64,000 nucleotides of DNA from a virus: positions 32,001 through 96,000 of the IMG/VR virus record IMGVR_UViG_3300049460_000134. One strand, 5' to 3'. Positions 31,280-42,510 of this stretch are shown here, piece after piece. The notes under the pieces were generated by a model, which saw only the letters and a list, made by a program, of their open reading frames with translations, searched no databases and was not told where the DNA came from. The position numbers and the translations under genes were made by a program. Every line of letters starts with the position of its first letter. Position 1 is the first letter of the stretch.

Positions 31280-31429
31280 CATGACGCGCATTGAAGCTCG
31301 CATCCAACGCAATCGAGTGATCGCCAGGTTCCTTTTCGTGGCGGCACTCATCGCTCTCGCAGCCGACTTCGCTCAGCAAGCCGGCCTCATCCCTCACCTC
31401 GAGCCTGCACCGCTCACACGGAGTATCAA

Positions 31430-31837
31430 GTGAGTAGGCCTTCGCTCTACGGGACTTGGGGCTCGATGATGCAGCGCTGTTACAACACAGAACGCGATTC
31501 CTACCCCAAATACGGTGGTCGCGGCATCAAGGTCTGCGATCGCTGGCACGACTTCCGGAACTTCGAGGCGGATATGTCGCCTCGACCAGATAACACAAGC
31601 CTCGATCGTATCGACAACGAAGGAGACTATGAACCTTCAAATTGTCGATGGGCTACGCGCACTGAACAAGCGCGCAACCGCATGTCGAATGTTCCCCTCG
31701 AATTTGAAGGCGTCACCAAGCTTGAGTGCGAATGGTGCGAGGAGAAGGGAATGAAACCAGGAGCCATCAGAAAACGTCTGAGACGCGGCTGGACCGTCGA
31801 GCAGGCTATTTCTCTACCACAAGGAGTTAGACTTTGA
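31430..31837 (+). CDS. HNH homing endonuclease-like protein
   Basis: MMQRC, YGGRGIKVCDRW, SLDRIDNEGDYEPSNCRWAT. Confidence 0.85.
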   Translation: MSRPSLYGTWGSMMQRCYNTERDSYPKYGGRGIKVCDRWHDFRNFEADMSPRPDNTSLDRIDNEGDYEPSNCRWATRTEQARNRMSNVPLEFEGVTKLECEWCEEKGMKPGAIRKRLRRGWTVEQAISLPQGVRL

Positions 31838-32490
31838 ACACTGAACGCAAATCCAATTACATGCACACTTCGAACGGCAAGAAATACTGGCCGCTCGATC
31901 CGCGCCCTGAAGAAGTCCACCTCGAGGTCGTGGCGCACCACCTGGCAACGCGTGCTCGCTACAACGGCGCAACGCAGCATCCGGTCTTCAAGTCGCGCAT
32001 CCTTTTCTCGGTGGCTGAACACTCGGTTTTGGTGTCTCGCTTCATCGAGGAAGAGCTTGGTCGCCCTGATCTGGCGCTCGAAGGTCTCATGCACGACGGC
32101 TCCGAAGCGTTCAACGGCGATCTCATCCGGCCGCTGAAGTATGACGACAGCTTCCGTGCGCCATTCCAGCGCGTCGAGGTTCTGAACGAGAAGGCCAATG
32201 CTCTGCGCTTCGGTCTGGTCTATCCCTATCCGGAAGAGATCAAGATCGCCGACGAGGCTGTTACCGCGGCTGAAGTCAATCAGATCATCGTCAAGGCGCC
32301 TGAAGATGACTGGAGCTTCGGCAAGCTGCATGACGACACGCGCGTCGCGCCATACGAGATCGAAATGCTCCTGCCCTACGAGGCCAAGGTGCTCTTCCTC
32401 GATCGCTTCTATGAATTGGCTCGTCGGCGGAAGGTTGAGGGATATGAAAGATATTTCGACGCCTCGCTTGCATCCCAATCTGCTGCGTGA
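31834..32490 (+). CDS. HD-domain 5'-deoxynucleotidase (YfbR-like)
   Basis: RYNG, SVAEHSV, LMHDGSEA, PLK, KIAD. Confidence 0.8.
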   Translation: MNTERKSNYMHTSNGKKYWPLDPRPEEVHLEVVAHHLATRARYNGATQHPVFKSRILFSVAEHSVLVSRFIEEELGRPDLALEGLMHDGSEAFNGDLIRPLKYDDSFRAPFQRVEVLNEKANALRFGLVYPYPEEIKIADEAVTAAEVNQIIVKAPEDDWSFGKLHDDTRVAPYEIEMLLPYEAKVLFLDRFYELARRRKVEGYERYFDASLASQSAA

Positions 32491-32502
32491 CATTGTCAGT
32501 AA

Positions 32503-32763
32503 ATGCTGACTGACAACTTTAAGCAATCGAACGACGAATGGGTGAGCTTCAACTCGGAGCTCACCCGTAAACTTGAGACGGTGATGGAGCGGTGGGTGAC
32601 GAACCACACGCAAGGCAAGATCACCGATCGCGAGCTTTACATCCTGACGAGTGCGCTCTGGGACACATGCTCAGGGCTCACACAAGAACAGCCTTTGCGC
32701 CTCCTCGAGCAAATCAACAAGGAGCTGCGCCTGAAGATGAAAGCAGAACGGTCCAAGGCATGA
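32503..32763 (+). CDS. Hypothetical protein
   Basis: ORF whose start lies within an operator copy. Confidence 0.45.
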   Translation: MLTDNFKQSNDEWVSFNSELTRKLETVMERWVTNHTQGKITDRELYILTSALWDTCSGLTQEQPLRLLEQINKELRLKMKAERSKA

Positions 32764-33335
32764 GCGAGAAGTTCGACAAAGATTCCTGGATCCTCTCTGC
32801 GATCAAAGCGAAATACATCGTGCCGCAGGAAGACGGCACGATCTACCGCCGCATTAGCTGCACGCGCGACGGCAAGCGCATGAGCGCTGAAGTCCGCAGC
32901 GTCAAATACACGACGCACAAGAAGTCCGGTCGCGTGTTCTTCAACATGACCTGGCTCGGCATCACGAAGTCGGTGCTCGTCAATCGCGTGATCGCGCTGG
33001 CCTTCCTGCCGAACCCCGACAATCTCCCCCAGGTCAACCATGTGGACGGCGAGAAGCAGCACAACTACCTGCGTCAGCCGACCGAAGAGCTGAAAGCCAA
33101 GTGGGGTGAATACCAGCTCGAATGGTCCACCGGCCAGGACAATGAGAAGCACGCTCACCGCACCGGTCTGAAGACAGGCCGCGGATCTCAGAATTCGAAC
33201 GCCAAGCTGACCGCCAACGACGTCGTGGCAATCCGCGCATCCCAGGCGGGAGCTGCTGATCTCGCCAAACAATACGGCGTGGCGCGCTCGACCATCACCA
33301 ACATCATCAACAAGAGGACATGGACGCACGTATGA
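32760..33335 (+). CDS. HNH endonuclease with C-terminal HTH
   Basis: VNRVIALAFLPNPDNLPQVNHVDG, LEW..N..HA, LAKQYGVARSTI. Confidence 0.8.
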   Translation: MSEKFDKDSWILSAIKAKYIVPQEDGTIYRRISCTRDGKRMSAEVRSVKYTTHKKSGRVFFNMTWLGITKSVLVNRVIALAFLPNPDNLPQVNHVDGEKQHNYLRQPTEELKAKWGEYQLEWSTGQDNEKHAHRTGLKTGRGSQNSNAKLTANDVVAIRASQAGAADLAKQYGVARSTITNIINKRTWTHV

Positions 33336-33682
33336 TCGACATTTTCGTCTTCGGCTCAAACCTAGCCGGCCGACATGGCGCTGGCGCTGCAAAGTTCGCA
33401 GTCGAACACCACGGCGCGGTCTACGGTCGCGGCATTGGTATCCAGGGTCACAGCTACGGCATTCCGACGAAGGACCAGTTCATCAAGACACTGCCGCTCA
33501 ACATCATCGAGCGGCACGTCGAAGTCTTCAAGACGTTCGCGCGCAACCATGATGAGCTGACCTTCTACGTCACGCCGATCGGTTGCGGTCTCGCCGGCTA
33601 CAAGCGCGAGCAGATCAAGCCGTTCTTCGAGGACATGCCGTGCAACTGCCGCTTCGCTGAAACCTGGGAGGAGGTGGAATGA
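33332..33682 (+). CDS. Macrodomain-like phage protein (A1S_2505-type)
   Basis: IFVFGSNLAGRHGAGAA, SYGIPT, FYVTPIGCGLAG. Confidence 0.7.
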   Translation: MIDIFVFGSNLAGRHGAGAAKFAVEHHGAVYGRGIGIQGHSYGIPTKDQFIKTLPLNIIERHVEVFKTFARNHDELTFYVTPIGCGLAGYKREQIKPFFEDMPCNCRFAETWEEVE

Positions 33683-34014
33683 AGATGAACTGGCAAAAGG
33701 CGCGGAGCGTCGAACGCAGCCGTGCGTGCTTTGAACCCATGCGCACCGCAGAACTTCCATCCGAAGAGCTTAGAGAGTTTCAGCGTCGCCCTAGTGGCGA
33801 AAAGCATGAGGCTACAATGACAATTCCAAAGGAAACACAAGAGAGACGCAGACAACATCGCAGAAGCGGTCCAGCTCGCGGTCGCAATTTCAAAGGAGCG
33901 ATCGACTGATGGAGCCTTTCGTCCTCGGTCTCATCGCAGCCATCGGCGCCGCACTCGTCTTCATCCCTCTCCTCGTCACCTGCTCTTCCTGTTTTGAAAT
34001 CTGGAGAACCATCC

Positions 34015-34584
34015 GTGGAACCAATTATTGCAGCCCTCGACACCGAAACCACCGGCCTAAGGCCGGGAGATCATAGGTTCGTCGAAATCTATATCAGCCT
34101 TTGGCGCGGCAGCACCAAGATCTACGAATATCACACGTTGATTGATCCGCAGCGCTCCATCCCGGCTGACGTCCAGGCCATTCACGGCATCACGCCGTCT
34201 GACGTCGCCGGCAAGCCGACCTGGCAGCAGGTAGCGAAGAACGTCCAGGCGGTGCTCGCCAAGGCTGACGCTCATATGGCGCACAATGCCGCGTTCGATA
34301 TGGAATTCATCGAAGTCGAGCTGAAACGCCTGAAGCTCGACATGCCGAAGCGACCGGTCATCGACACTATGGACTATGTCTGGGCAACGCCGGACGGAAA
34401 GAAGCCTTCGCTCCTGGAGCTCTGCACGGCTTGCGGCATTGCTTACGACAAGAGCCAGGCTCACCGCGCCGACTACGACGTTGGCGTCATGGTGCAAGCC
34501 TACCACAAGGCGATCGAATTCGGCTTTGCACAGCCGTTCGTGAAGCCGGCAGCGGAAACTGAAGAAACCGCTCTTGCTGCCTGA
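34015..34584 (+). CDS. DEDDh 3'-5' exonuclease (DnaQ/epsilon-like)
   Basis: LDTETTG, AHNAAFD, AHRADYD. Confidence 0.9.
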   Translation: MEPIIAALDTETTGLRPGDHRFVEIYISLWRGSTKIYEYHTLIDPQRSIPADVQAIHGITPSDVAGKPTWQQVAKNVQAVLAKADAHMAHNAAFDMEFIEVELKRLKLDMPKRPVIDTMDYVWATPDGKKPSLLELCTACGIAYDKSQAHRADYDVGVMVQAYHKAIEFGFAQPFVKPAAETEETALAA

Positions 34585-34677
34585 CATATCCACCCGAACC
34601 CCTGCGTGCGCTTCGCTATAACGTATTTGTAAACGAAAACAACGCGCTAGCGAAGCGCACAGCAAGGAGCTTTTGAA

Positions 34678-35493
34678 ATGAAGAACGCACAAATGGCAGG
34701 AAACGTAGTCAACGGCGTGTCGGCAGAAAGCATCGATGATCTCCTCGAAGATCTCGACCTGGGCATCGAGCCGGCGCGTGGCGAAGAAATTGAAACGATC
34801 GTCGCCTCGGAAGAAGTGATCGAGGACGTCGATACGATCGTCGAGGAAGTTGTTGCCGCTGACGTCTCCGGCGACGACGATCTGTCCATCGACGAACTCG
34901 AAATGGGCATCGAGCGCGCTCAGGGCTACCAGGAGCAGGACGGCGGTGAGCAGCTCGCCGGCAATGCGACTGAGACCGTAGCTTCGAAGAAGGCAAACGC
35001 ACCGAAGGCAGACTCGACTGTCAAGACAGTGAAAGCGCCGCGTGCATCTACGCCGCGTCAGCCGCGCGACGTGTCTGCGATCGCCGCTGAAGTCTTCGTC
35101 CTCGAAGGCGACGCCTCGCAGATGTCGGCTGACGAACTCGAAAGCAACAAGAAGGCGGTGATCGACGCTGCGCCGACGCAGAAGAAGATCGCCGAGAAAT
35201 ACGAAAACCTCTTCATGTCGCTCTCGGTCGGCAAGCAGCCTTCGACCTACGTCGTCCAGGCGTTCAAGTTCCTGGACCAGAAGAAGACGCTGTCCTCGAC
35301 GGATATCGTCGCGATGCTTAAGGGCTCCTACAAGCAGGGCACTGCTCAGAGCCAGGCCGGTCAGATCATGAAGCTCTTCGAGGCGACGAAGATCGCGACG
35401 CGGACCAAGAACTCGCTGGAGCTGAACGACAACTCGGTCATCGCCGGCAAGCTGCGCGACATTCTCAACAACGCGAACAAAGCCGCCGCGTAA
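34678..35493 (+). CDS. Acidic N-terminus plus putative winged-helix DNA-binding protein
   Basis: C-terminal YKQGTAQSQAGQIMKLF motif similar to 3978 and 55666. Confidence 0.5.
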   Translation: MKNAQMAGNVVNGVSAESIDDLLEDLDLGIEPARGEEIETIVASEEVIEDVDTIVEEVVAADVSGDDDLSIDELEMGIERAQGYQEQDGGEQLAGNATETVASKKANAPKADSTVKTVKAPRASTPRQPRDVSAIAAEVFVLEGDASQMSADELESNKKAVIDAAPTQKKIAEKYENLFMSLSVGKQPSTYVVQAFKFLDQKKTLSSTDIVAMLKGSYKQGTAQSQAGQIMKLFEATKIATRTKNSLELNDNSVIAGKLRDILNNANKAAA

Positions 35494-35569
35494 GCGACGG
35501 CTCATTCACCGGAGCGGCGGCGCGTCCCAGGCGCGCTGCCACCATCAACCACCCCTGAAAGGAAAGATC

Positions 35570-35833
35570 ATGAAGAAACTCGCAGTAGCGGGTGTGGCTG
35601 TTCTCGTCTCATCGTGCAGCAGCCTATTGCCATCCTACGACTACGCCAAGGTGCGGTCGAACGAATACAAGATGACTGACCATCCGTGGAAATCGGCGAA
35701 AGACTGCGTTCGCAAGGAGCCGAAAGGCAAGTTCGACGCGCGCTGTGACATTCCGGTCGTTGGCTATCGTGGCGACGGCGACATCACACCTCACTTCGGC
35801 GTCGGCTCCAGCGCTGGCGGCTTCAGCTTCTAA
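35570..35833 (+). CDS. Putative small lipoprotein
   Basis: MKK, hydrophobic stretch, then SSC lipobox-like site. Confidence 0.5.
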   Translation: MKKLAVAGVAVLVSSCSSLLPSYDYAKVRSNEYKMTDHPWKSAKDCVRKEPKGKFDARCDIPVVGYRGDGDITPHFGVGSSAGGFSF

Positions 35834-35844
35834 GGAGCACGACA

Positions 35845-36963
35845 ATGCCACAGACAATTAATGGCAGTAAGTTTCCGGCCATCGGCGACGAAGTCGTCTT
35901 CCTCGCGGCGAACGGCCATGACTACCAGCTCGAGGCAGCGAAGAAGGTCTTCGTCAAGGACCAGATCCTCACGGTCAAGGATATCTTGATCGGCGACTGG
36001 TATAGCAGCATCGAGTTCCTCGAGCGGCCAGGCCAGACCTTCAACAGCGTCATGTTCGAGCTCCTCGGCGATGACGTGCAGCCTGAAGAACAGCCGGAGG
36101 AGCTGGTGACGCTCCAAGTCACCGAGGCGCAGCGCGACACTATCCTCGCGGCTCTGCGACTGTGGAAAAACGATCTGGTTGGCGAGTCTCCGGACAACGC
36201 CATGCTCGATGACATCGCCACGAACGGCGGGCAGCACGAGAAGCTGGATGATGAGGCGGTTGATGTGCTCTGCGAGGCGATCAATGTCTAACATCACCAA
36301 CGCTGGTCGCGCAGCCTGGGCTGCAATCGCACTCGGTGCCTTCAAGAGCGTCTGCCAGTGCGACGAAGACGAGGTCGCCAACATCAAGGATCTCATCACG
36401 GATCTCTTGCACCTGGCACGCCGGGAGTTCGGCGTCACCGGCGACGATCTCTATCACCTCACCCTCTCGGCAGCAGACATGCACTTCGCCGAGGAAATCG
36501 AAGATCCGGAGGAATAGACATGTGGATCGCATTTGACGACAGACAGCGCGCCGTCATCAAGAAGGTGCTCCGCGATCGCATCGACGCTCACACCGAGGGC
36601 GACGTGGTCGATGCTACGGTCGCTGACGAGGTTTCGGCGCTCATTCACATTGAGCGCACGGAGAAGACCTTCGATCCGGCTGATCCCTACCGCGCCTACC
36701 TGCAGACGCAGGCTGACGACGACATGGAAGTCGATGACGACGCCATCGTCTCGCCAGGCGACGATCCTGGTGCCTTTGTGCACGCCTGGATTTGGGTCCG
36801 CAACGATGAGGCCGGCGTGCCGGATGAAGACGAGGACTGCTGCGACACCTGCGGCTCGCCGCTCGACGAGGCCGGCGACGGCTATGATGGCAAGTGCGCA
36901 GACTGCGCCGACAAGGCGGATAAAGACACCTACCCCGCCAACTGGACGAAGGACGACGGCTAA
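35845..36963 (+). CDS. Three small acidic hypothetical ORFs
   Basis: 35845-36291, about 36284-36517 and about 36520-36963, followed by a terminator. Confidence 0.5.
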
Positions 36964-36978
36964 AAGAATAGCGATAAC

Positions 36979-37004
36979 AATGGCGGGCTCGAAAACCCGC
37001 CATT
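36979..37004. terminator. Intrinsic terminator
   Basis: aatggcggg/cccgccatt stem. Confidence 0.6.
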
Positions 37005-38314
37005 TCTAGTCGGCGCGTCCCATGGCAAGCCTCGACTTAGGGATGTCCTGTCTTATTTACCCTTTAGTAAATATTGACTGACCGTCCGCATCGCCGAGAC
37101 TGGCGGTCAGATTGGATTTTAGAATAAACGATTAACCATCATCAGTATCCACCCGAAATCCTCTATAGCGTGTATCAATGTATGAACGCGCTAACGAAGT
37201 AGAAAGGTTGAGTGATGGGATTAATATACGATGAAACATCTGTCCGCGCCGCGAGTAATATTCGCGTTCACGATATGGACGGCACGAAGAACTATCTAAA
37301 GCACTATGGCTATAAATTAGAGCTTAGTTTCTTCGCCAAAAACGGCACACGCCAAGAGCGGTGGCAAGCCGAGAAAGAGCTTGTCATCTGCGAGCGGAAG
37401 CCGACCTATTGGGAAAAACATCCTAAGTTTGTCGGAGAGGATGCGCGCCGAGGAATGGAGGCACTGAACAGGGCATTGGAAAGAGGCGAGCGCCCGTTAG
37501 ACACTCGCCGAGAAATGCACTTGGGTTAGGCTGCTACGATCGTCGGCTCAAACTCCGACGAGTCTTCTCTGATGGTGATGCCGGCACCGAAAACCATTAC
37601 GTATCGGGCAAAGTCGTCTAATTGGTCGGCGATCGCGGTCGCCAGGGTCTCGGTATCTACAACGCGTCCACGCTCTGCGAAGAAGCGTGCCGCGTTTGCG
37701 ACAATGAAGGATTGGTATTCATTGACAGTCTGTTCGAACACTCGCCGGTGCATTTCTGTTATCTTCCTTTTCAGATCATCGCCTAGGATAAAATTCCTAC
37801 CATCTTTGCAGATCGGTTGCAACTGCCCAAAAAGTTGTCCCCGGCCCAGGCTTGGCGCTGAGATAGCAAGCGCCAAATGTTCCGACAATAGGGTGCTAGA
37901 AAAAAGTGAGCATCCCTACGTTTAGTGAACTATTATGATGCACTAATTAAACAGATATCAATCGATAGCGTTGCCGCTATGTTACAGTTAGGAGAGGTAG
38001 AATGCTGACCAACGCCGCAAAAACGATCAACAATGAGTTGCGCACAGGCAATGGGCAAAAAGAGTTCTCGGTTCAGCAGGGCGACTGCGGCATCGTCATC
38101 CGCAAGGATGGCACTGTGGATATCTTTCAGTATGGCATGGACGTCGAGACATTGGAGACGGTCGGTCAGTCAGATATGACTGACGAGCAGCGCCAGATTC
38201 TGAAAAATGGGGAGCTTTTGTTTGCGCTAGGTGTCGTAGCTCAGAACGAGGTTCTCAAGCAGGGCATTCTCGACGCGGCAAAGGTCGAAGGTCTCATTGG
38301 TTATGAGGCCGCCA

Positions 38315-38737
38315 ATGCCAACTAGGAAGATGATCTACAAGGCGCTCGAAGCGCTGCCCCACCAAGAGCGGGATGTCGAACGTATATTCGAGGTCATCCG
38401 TGATGTGATCGAGCGCTCTCCCGGCTCGGTCGAAGAGCTATTTCCAGGCATGGCGCTCGTTCCACGGCAGTTGTCGCGGAAGGAAATCTCGACCAAGGCA
38501 GCCAAGGCGTCTGTCGAACGGCGCCAGCGCCAGACCGACGAGCGATACAACGAGATTGTGCCGCATCTGCGGCGCTGGCTCGAGGAGGATCCAGAGATCA
38601 CGCTCTCGAAGATCCGCCAGAAACTGACCGACATGGGCTTGAAGCCACTCCGGTCTGACAAGTGGAACCGCGCTTCCATCCTCTTCATGCTGAAAAAGGC
38701 AGGACTACGAAACGACGATGAACAGAAAGAGACTTGA
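38315..38737 (+). CDS. Recombinase-associated HTH-like protein
   Basis: TLSKIRQKLTDMGLKPLRSDKWNRASI pattern. Confidence 0.45.
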   Translation: MPTRKMIYKALEALPHQERDVERIFEVIRDVIERSPGSVEELFPGMALVPRQLSRKEISTKAAKASVERRQRQTDERYNEIVPHLRRWLEEDPEITLSKIRQKLTDMGLKPLRSDKWNRASILFMLKKAGLRNDDEQKET

Positions 38738-39248
38738 GTTCGCAGCCGAGAAGTTCCTGCTCTCTATGGGGCAGGAGTTTCTCAAGGCCAATCCAGACGC
38801 CACCTCCCCTATCAAGAAGCTCGCCGACTACTCTCCTGAGCAGCGCTCACTGCTGATGAGGGCGGTCGGCCATACCATTAAGGCGTCGCTGCCAGCGGCC
38901 GACGGCGAGTTCCAGGCCTGGCTAGATCGCCAGCGCCAGGCCGCCGAGTAATCGTTTGCGGCAATGTGTCAGTAAAAATTGATTGACGATATCCGCACGA
39001 CCGGCTAGGCGTGCGGTCAACCAGGAGAAACAAATGTTCGCCATTTTGAAAGGTATCGCCGAGCGGCAGAAGAAGGACGACGACAGGCAAGCCGTCTTGC
39101 GCTTCCGTTCCGGCGCCGTATCGCATGTCGAGGAGTGGATCGAGGTCCGCACCAATCTTGTCAAAGTCGTTGTCAACTACAGCCAGAAGTCCACGGAAGT
39201 CTCGTTCCTGCCGGAAGCCGTCGAATCCGTCGAATACAGGTGGCGATA

Positions 39249-39494
39249 ATGGCTCTACCGCTCGCGAACGCCAACCTCCCTATCTTGCCCCTCGATCGTG
39301 AGAGTGATTGGTCCAAGGGCATCAACTTCCTCACCGAGCATCGCTATGGCCTGAGCGTCATGAGGCCAAACATCTACGGCAGCGCCGGCGCCGACAGCTT
39401 CGAGATCCGCCAGGCCAAGAAGACCGCCGACAAACTGAGCGAGGAAGAGCTCGCTGAGCGTCGCAAAGATCAGCCGAACTTCGCCAAGTTCTAA
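39249..39494 (+). CDS. Hypothetical protein with C-terminal PNFAKF variant tag
   Basis: ORF ends DQPNFAKF*. Confidence 0.5.
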   Translation: MALPLANANLPILPLDRESDWSKGINFLTEHRYGLSVMRPNIYGSAGADSFEIRQAKKTADKLSEEELAERRKDQPNFAKF

Positions 39495-39571
39495 TACGCA
39501 CTATCCGCGCGCTTCCCTGCGTGCGCTGTGCGATAAGTAATTATTGACTGACAAATCAAGGAGATAGTCGA

Positions 39572-40159
39572 ATGCACTATAGCAGTGTCGGCATGATCGC
39601 GATCCAACAGGCCAAACTGTTTGCGATCGCCGCCCACGCAGCCGTCGGCCAGAAGCGCAAATACGGCGGTGAGGACTACATCACGCATCCGGTGCGCGTC
39701 GCTGAAATGGTCAAGCAGCTCCGTGGCCACACCTGGGAAATGGTGGCGGTAGCACTCCTGCATGACGTCGTCGAAGACACCGCGATCGACCATGAGCTGA
39801 TTGCCGACCTGTTCGGCACCACAGTCGGCGGCATGGTTCGCTCGTTGACGAACATCGACAAGGCGGCCGGCAACAGCAAGCACCGGCTCGAGCTCGATAT
39901 CCAGCGCCTGAAGATGGCGACGCCCGAGACGAAGACCATCAAGGTCGCGGACATCTACGACAACCTCTACAACCTGGTCGAGCTCGACTTCCGCCACGCA
40001 CGCTACTTCGTGCCGAAGGTCAAGCGGATCATGCTTGAGGCTCTGCACGACTGCAGCGACGCCTGCCTCTGGGGTCTAACGATGATCCGCGTCAACGACA
40101 TGGAAGCTCAGATCGCCAAGATCGAGGCGGGGCAGCAGGAGGCGAAACTTGCCAGCTAA
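39572..40159 (+). CDS. Small alarmone hydrolase (RelA/SpoT HD, Mesh1-like)
   Basis: AH..QKRK..EDYITHP, LLHDVVEDT, IKVADIYDN. Confidence 0.82.
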   Translation: MHYSSVGMIAIQQAKLFAIAAHAAVGQKRKYGGEDYITHPVRVAEMVKQLRGHTWEMVAVALLHDVVEDTAIDHELIADLFGTTVGGMVRSLTNIDKAAGNSKHRLELDIQRLKMATPETKTIKVADIYDNLYNLVELDFRHARYFVPKVKRIMLEALHDCSDACLWGLTMIRVNDMEAQIAKIEAGQQEAKLAS

Positions 40160-41226
40160 CATCCTGAAGACCATGCCGGTGATCACTCGTTGGACCCAAT
40201 GCACGCTTTGCGACCATGTTCAGATGGACGTGATCGTATGCGTCGAGCCGACCGCCGTCGCCGAAATGGAATGCGGTCATACCTATGCGGACGGTCGCGA
40301 GATCTCTGCCAACCGCGCCTTTGACGCCGACGTGCGCCAGATCATCGAGCACGCATGAAGAAGCAGCGGAACAAGATGCGCGCAAACCAGAAGAAAGCGC
40401 GCGAGAAACAGACACAGCGAGTCACCAGCGCGCGCCGTGAGCTTCCGAGGTCTCAGAGTGCGTCGCGCGACCGGATGCTCGCTATGAACGCTGCTATGAG
40501 CGGTCACTCATTGGCTGCAGGCCTTGGCGCCGTCGCTCTCGCCCAGGCTATGTTCTGGGGAAAAAGGAAGGCCGATGTTTCTTAAGGTCGAGAAACCAAG
40601 CTCCACGCTCTACGCCGCGCACGAAGCGGAGAAGGAACGGATCATTGCCGCCGCGATCTTCTTCGGCGGCATTGTCTCGCTTCCACCGCCGGCCAGGCAC
40701 CATACCATCATTCAGACGATGGATCGCGGCATGCACCTCGACGGCGCGGCTGTCTTGCCGCAGATGCAAGGCTTCATCACCAGCACAGGCCGCTACGTCA
40801 ACCGCGTCGAGGCCTACTACCTCGCATATAGCGCCGGTCAGCTCATCAGCGAGACCAAAGGACCGGAGCTCTACTCGGAGGATTTGTGGTGATCCACACT
40901 GAAGTTCTGCGAAAGGGCGAGGCACGCTTCAACATGGTTGGTCAGAGGCTGCCGGACAGCCTTCACGACACCGACCAGGAGATTTCCCCTGGTCTGGCCT
41001 ATCGCCTCTATCGGTATTGCTACGTGCGCCTCACCGAGAATGGCTTCAATCTGGAGGGCTGGAAGGTCCACGTCTACACGATGGACGGCGATCTGCCACG
41101 CTCCGATCGGTATTACTGCGTCGAGTTCGTCCACCAGAAGGGCGGCATGATCGGCTTGCAAGGGATTCTAATCGGCAAGGGTGGCTGGCCTACCCTCGAT
41201 CACGGCGTCAGCACAGGAGAAGGATA

Positions 41227-41511
41227 TTGAGCCTACCTGTTCTTCCGACCGGCTGGGAATGGATCGAGGGGATATCGACGAACGGCGACATCTACCTCGC
41301 CTTTAGAGGCAGGCCAGCGGTTGACTTGGAGGTAGGCATTTTCGTCTGCGGCCTTGGTATGAACCACTGGCGCGTCATCGAGCGCCCATCGCGCATCATT
41401 CTCGGCAAGAAACGCATGAAAGAGATCCGTAACGACATCCAGCTCGGCAAATACACGATCGCCGACCTTGTGCCGGCGCCAGCAACGCAGAAGAATTGGG
41501 GAAGATTTTGA
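41227..41511 (+). CDS. Hypothetical protein with C-terminal NWGRF tag
   Basis: ORF ends TQKNWGRF*. Confidence 0.5.
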   Translation: MSLPVLPTGWEWIEGISTNGDIYLAFRGRPAVDLEVGIFVCGLGMNHWRVIERPSRIILGKKRMKEIRNDIQLGKYTIADLVPAPATQKNWGRF

Positions 41512-41855
41512 GCGACAACGAACACCTTTCCGAGCGCACCGACCGAATCCGCCAGCTCAACGACCAGCTCCGGCGCACAGGCAAGGGCGGTCAGATCGTC
41601 GCGACAGGCGCGCTCACTCAGGCCGATCCAGAGCTGATCTACCAGGCTTCCGTCCAGGTGCGCGACTATGCGGCTTTCGACACTGGCGATGATCCTTATG
41701 GCGAGCATGACTTCGGCTCGTTCGTGATCGGCGGTCAGAAATTCCATTGGAAGATCGACTATTACGATCGGAGCATGGAGTTCGGCGCTGACGATCCGGC
41801 TGATTCCGCCAATTGCGTTCGCGTGCTCTCTATCTTCTACGCCGAGGACTACTGA
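41508..41855 (+). CDS. DUF3768 family protein
   Basis: IRQLNDQLR, DPYGEHDFG, WKIDYYD. Confidence 0.8.
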   Translation: MSDNEHLSERTDRIRQLNDQLRRTGKGGQIVATGALTQADPELIYQASVQVRDYAAFDTGDDPYGEHDFGSFVIGGQKFHWKIDYYDRSMEFGADDPADSANCVRVLSIFYAEDY

Positions 41856-42184
41856 TGAATCGGCACGACTCCCTTATCGCCTCGAGCCAGTGCGACAACA
41901 TCATCGCCCTCCTCTTCTTCGAGGATACGGACGAGGTGATTAAGGTCGTCGAGCCGAGCTACCGGATCGACCTGATTGATCCGATTTCGAATGTGACGCA
42001 CCGGTCGAAGCGCTTCAACGCCAAGGACGACACCGACGCCAAGCGAAAGTTCCGGATAGTCTGCCAGCAGGCCGTCACGACAACCTTTCAGGAGGCAGTC
42101 GCTGAAATCGCGCCGGAGCCTGAGCCGCAAATCCAGGAACCAAGCGCTCCTGCCCCTAAGCCTGCCCAATGGGGACGCTTCTGA
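41855..42184 (+). CDS. Hypothetical protein with C-terminal QWGRF tag
   Basis: Pro-rich linker then PAQWGRF*. Confidence 0.55.
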   Translation: MNRHDSLIASSQCDNIIALLFFEDTDEVIKVVEPSYRIDLIDPISNVTHRSKRFNAKDDTDAKRKFRIVCQQAVTTTFQEAVAEIAPEPEPQIQEPSAPAPKPAQWGRF

Positions 42185-42510
42185 TGGCGATCCGCGTGGT
42201 CCAAGAGGTGACTGATAGAGGCTATCGCTTCACCTGGGAGGAAGAGACCAAGGAGATCGAAACTGCCTCTCACGGTCGCGTGATCGTCGTTAAGGGCTGG
42301 CAAGCAGTTGTCGAGGCGCAGAAAGGCGACATTGTCAGCACGACTGATATCTTTCCCCTACCCGACAAGTTCACGGCGACCCAGGCTGAGTTTGTGAAGC
42401 TGACCAACACCTATCCTGCCTACAGATATGAGGCAGGGCAATTTCCGACGGTCATCATCAAGAAGCCACCCAAGGACTACGAAAAACTCCCCAATTACGG
42501 CCGCTTTTAG
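42184..42510 (+). CDS. Hypothetical protein with C-terminal LPNYGRF tag
   Basis: ORF ends YEKLPNYGRF*. Confidence 0.55.
   Translation: MAIRVVQEVTDRGYRFTWEEETKEIETASHGRVIVVKGWQAVVEAQKGDIVSTTDIFPLPDKFTATQAEFVKLTNTYPAYRYEAGQFPTVIIKKPPKDYEKLPNYGRF

Noticed and set aside
31430-33335. Self-splicing introns around the HNH genes
   Set aside because: Both HNH ORFs lie between intact genes with tight junctions; no split host gene was seen.
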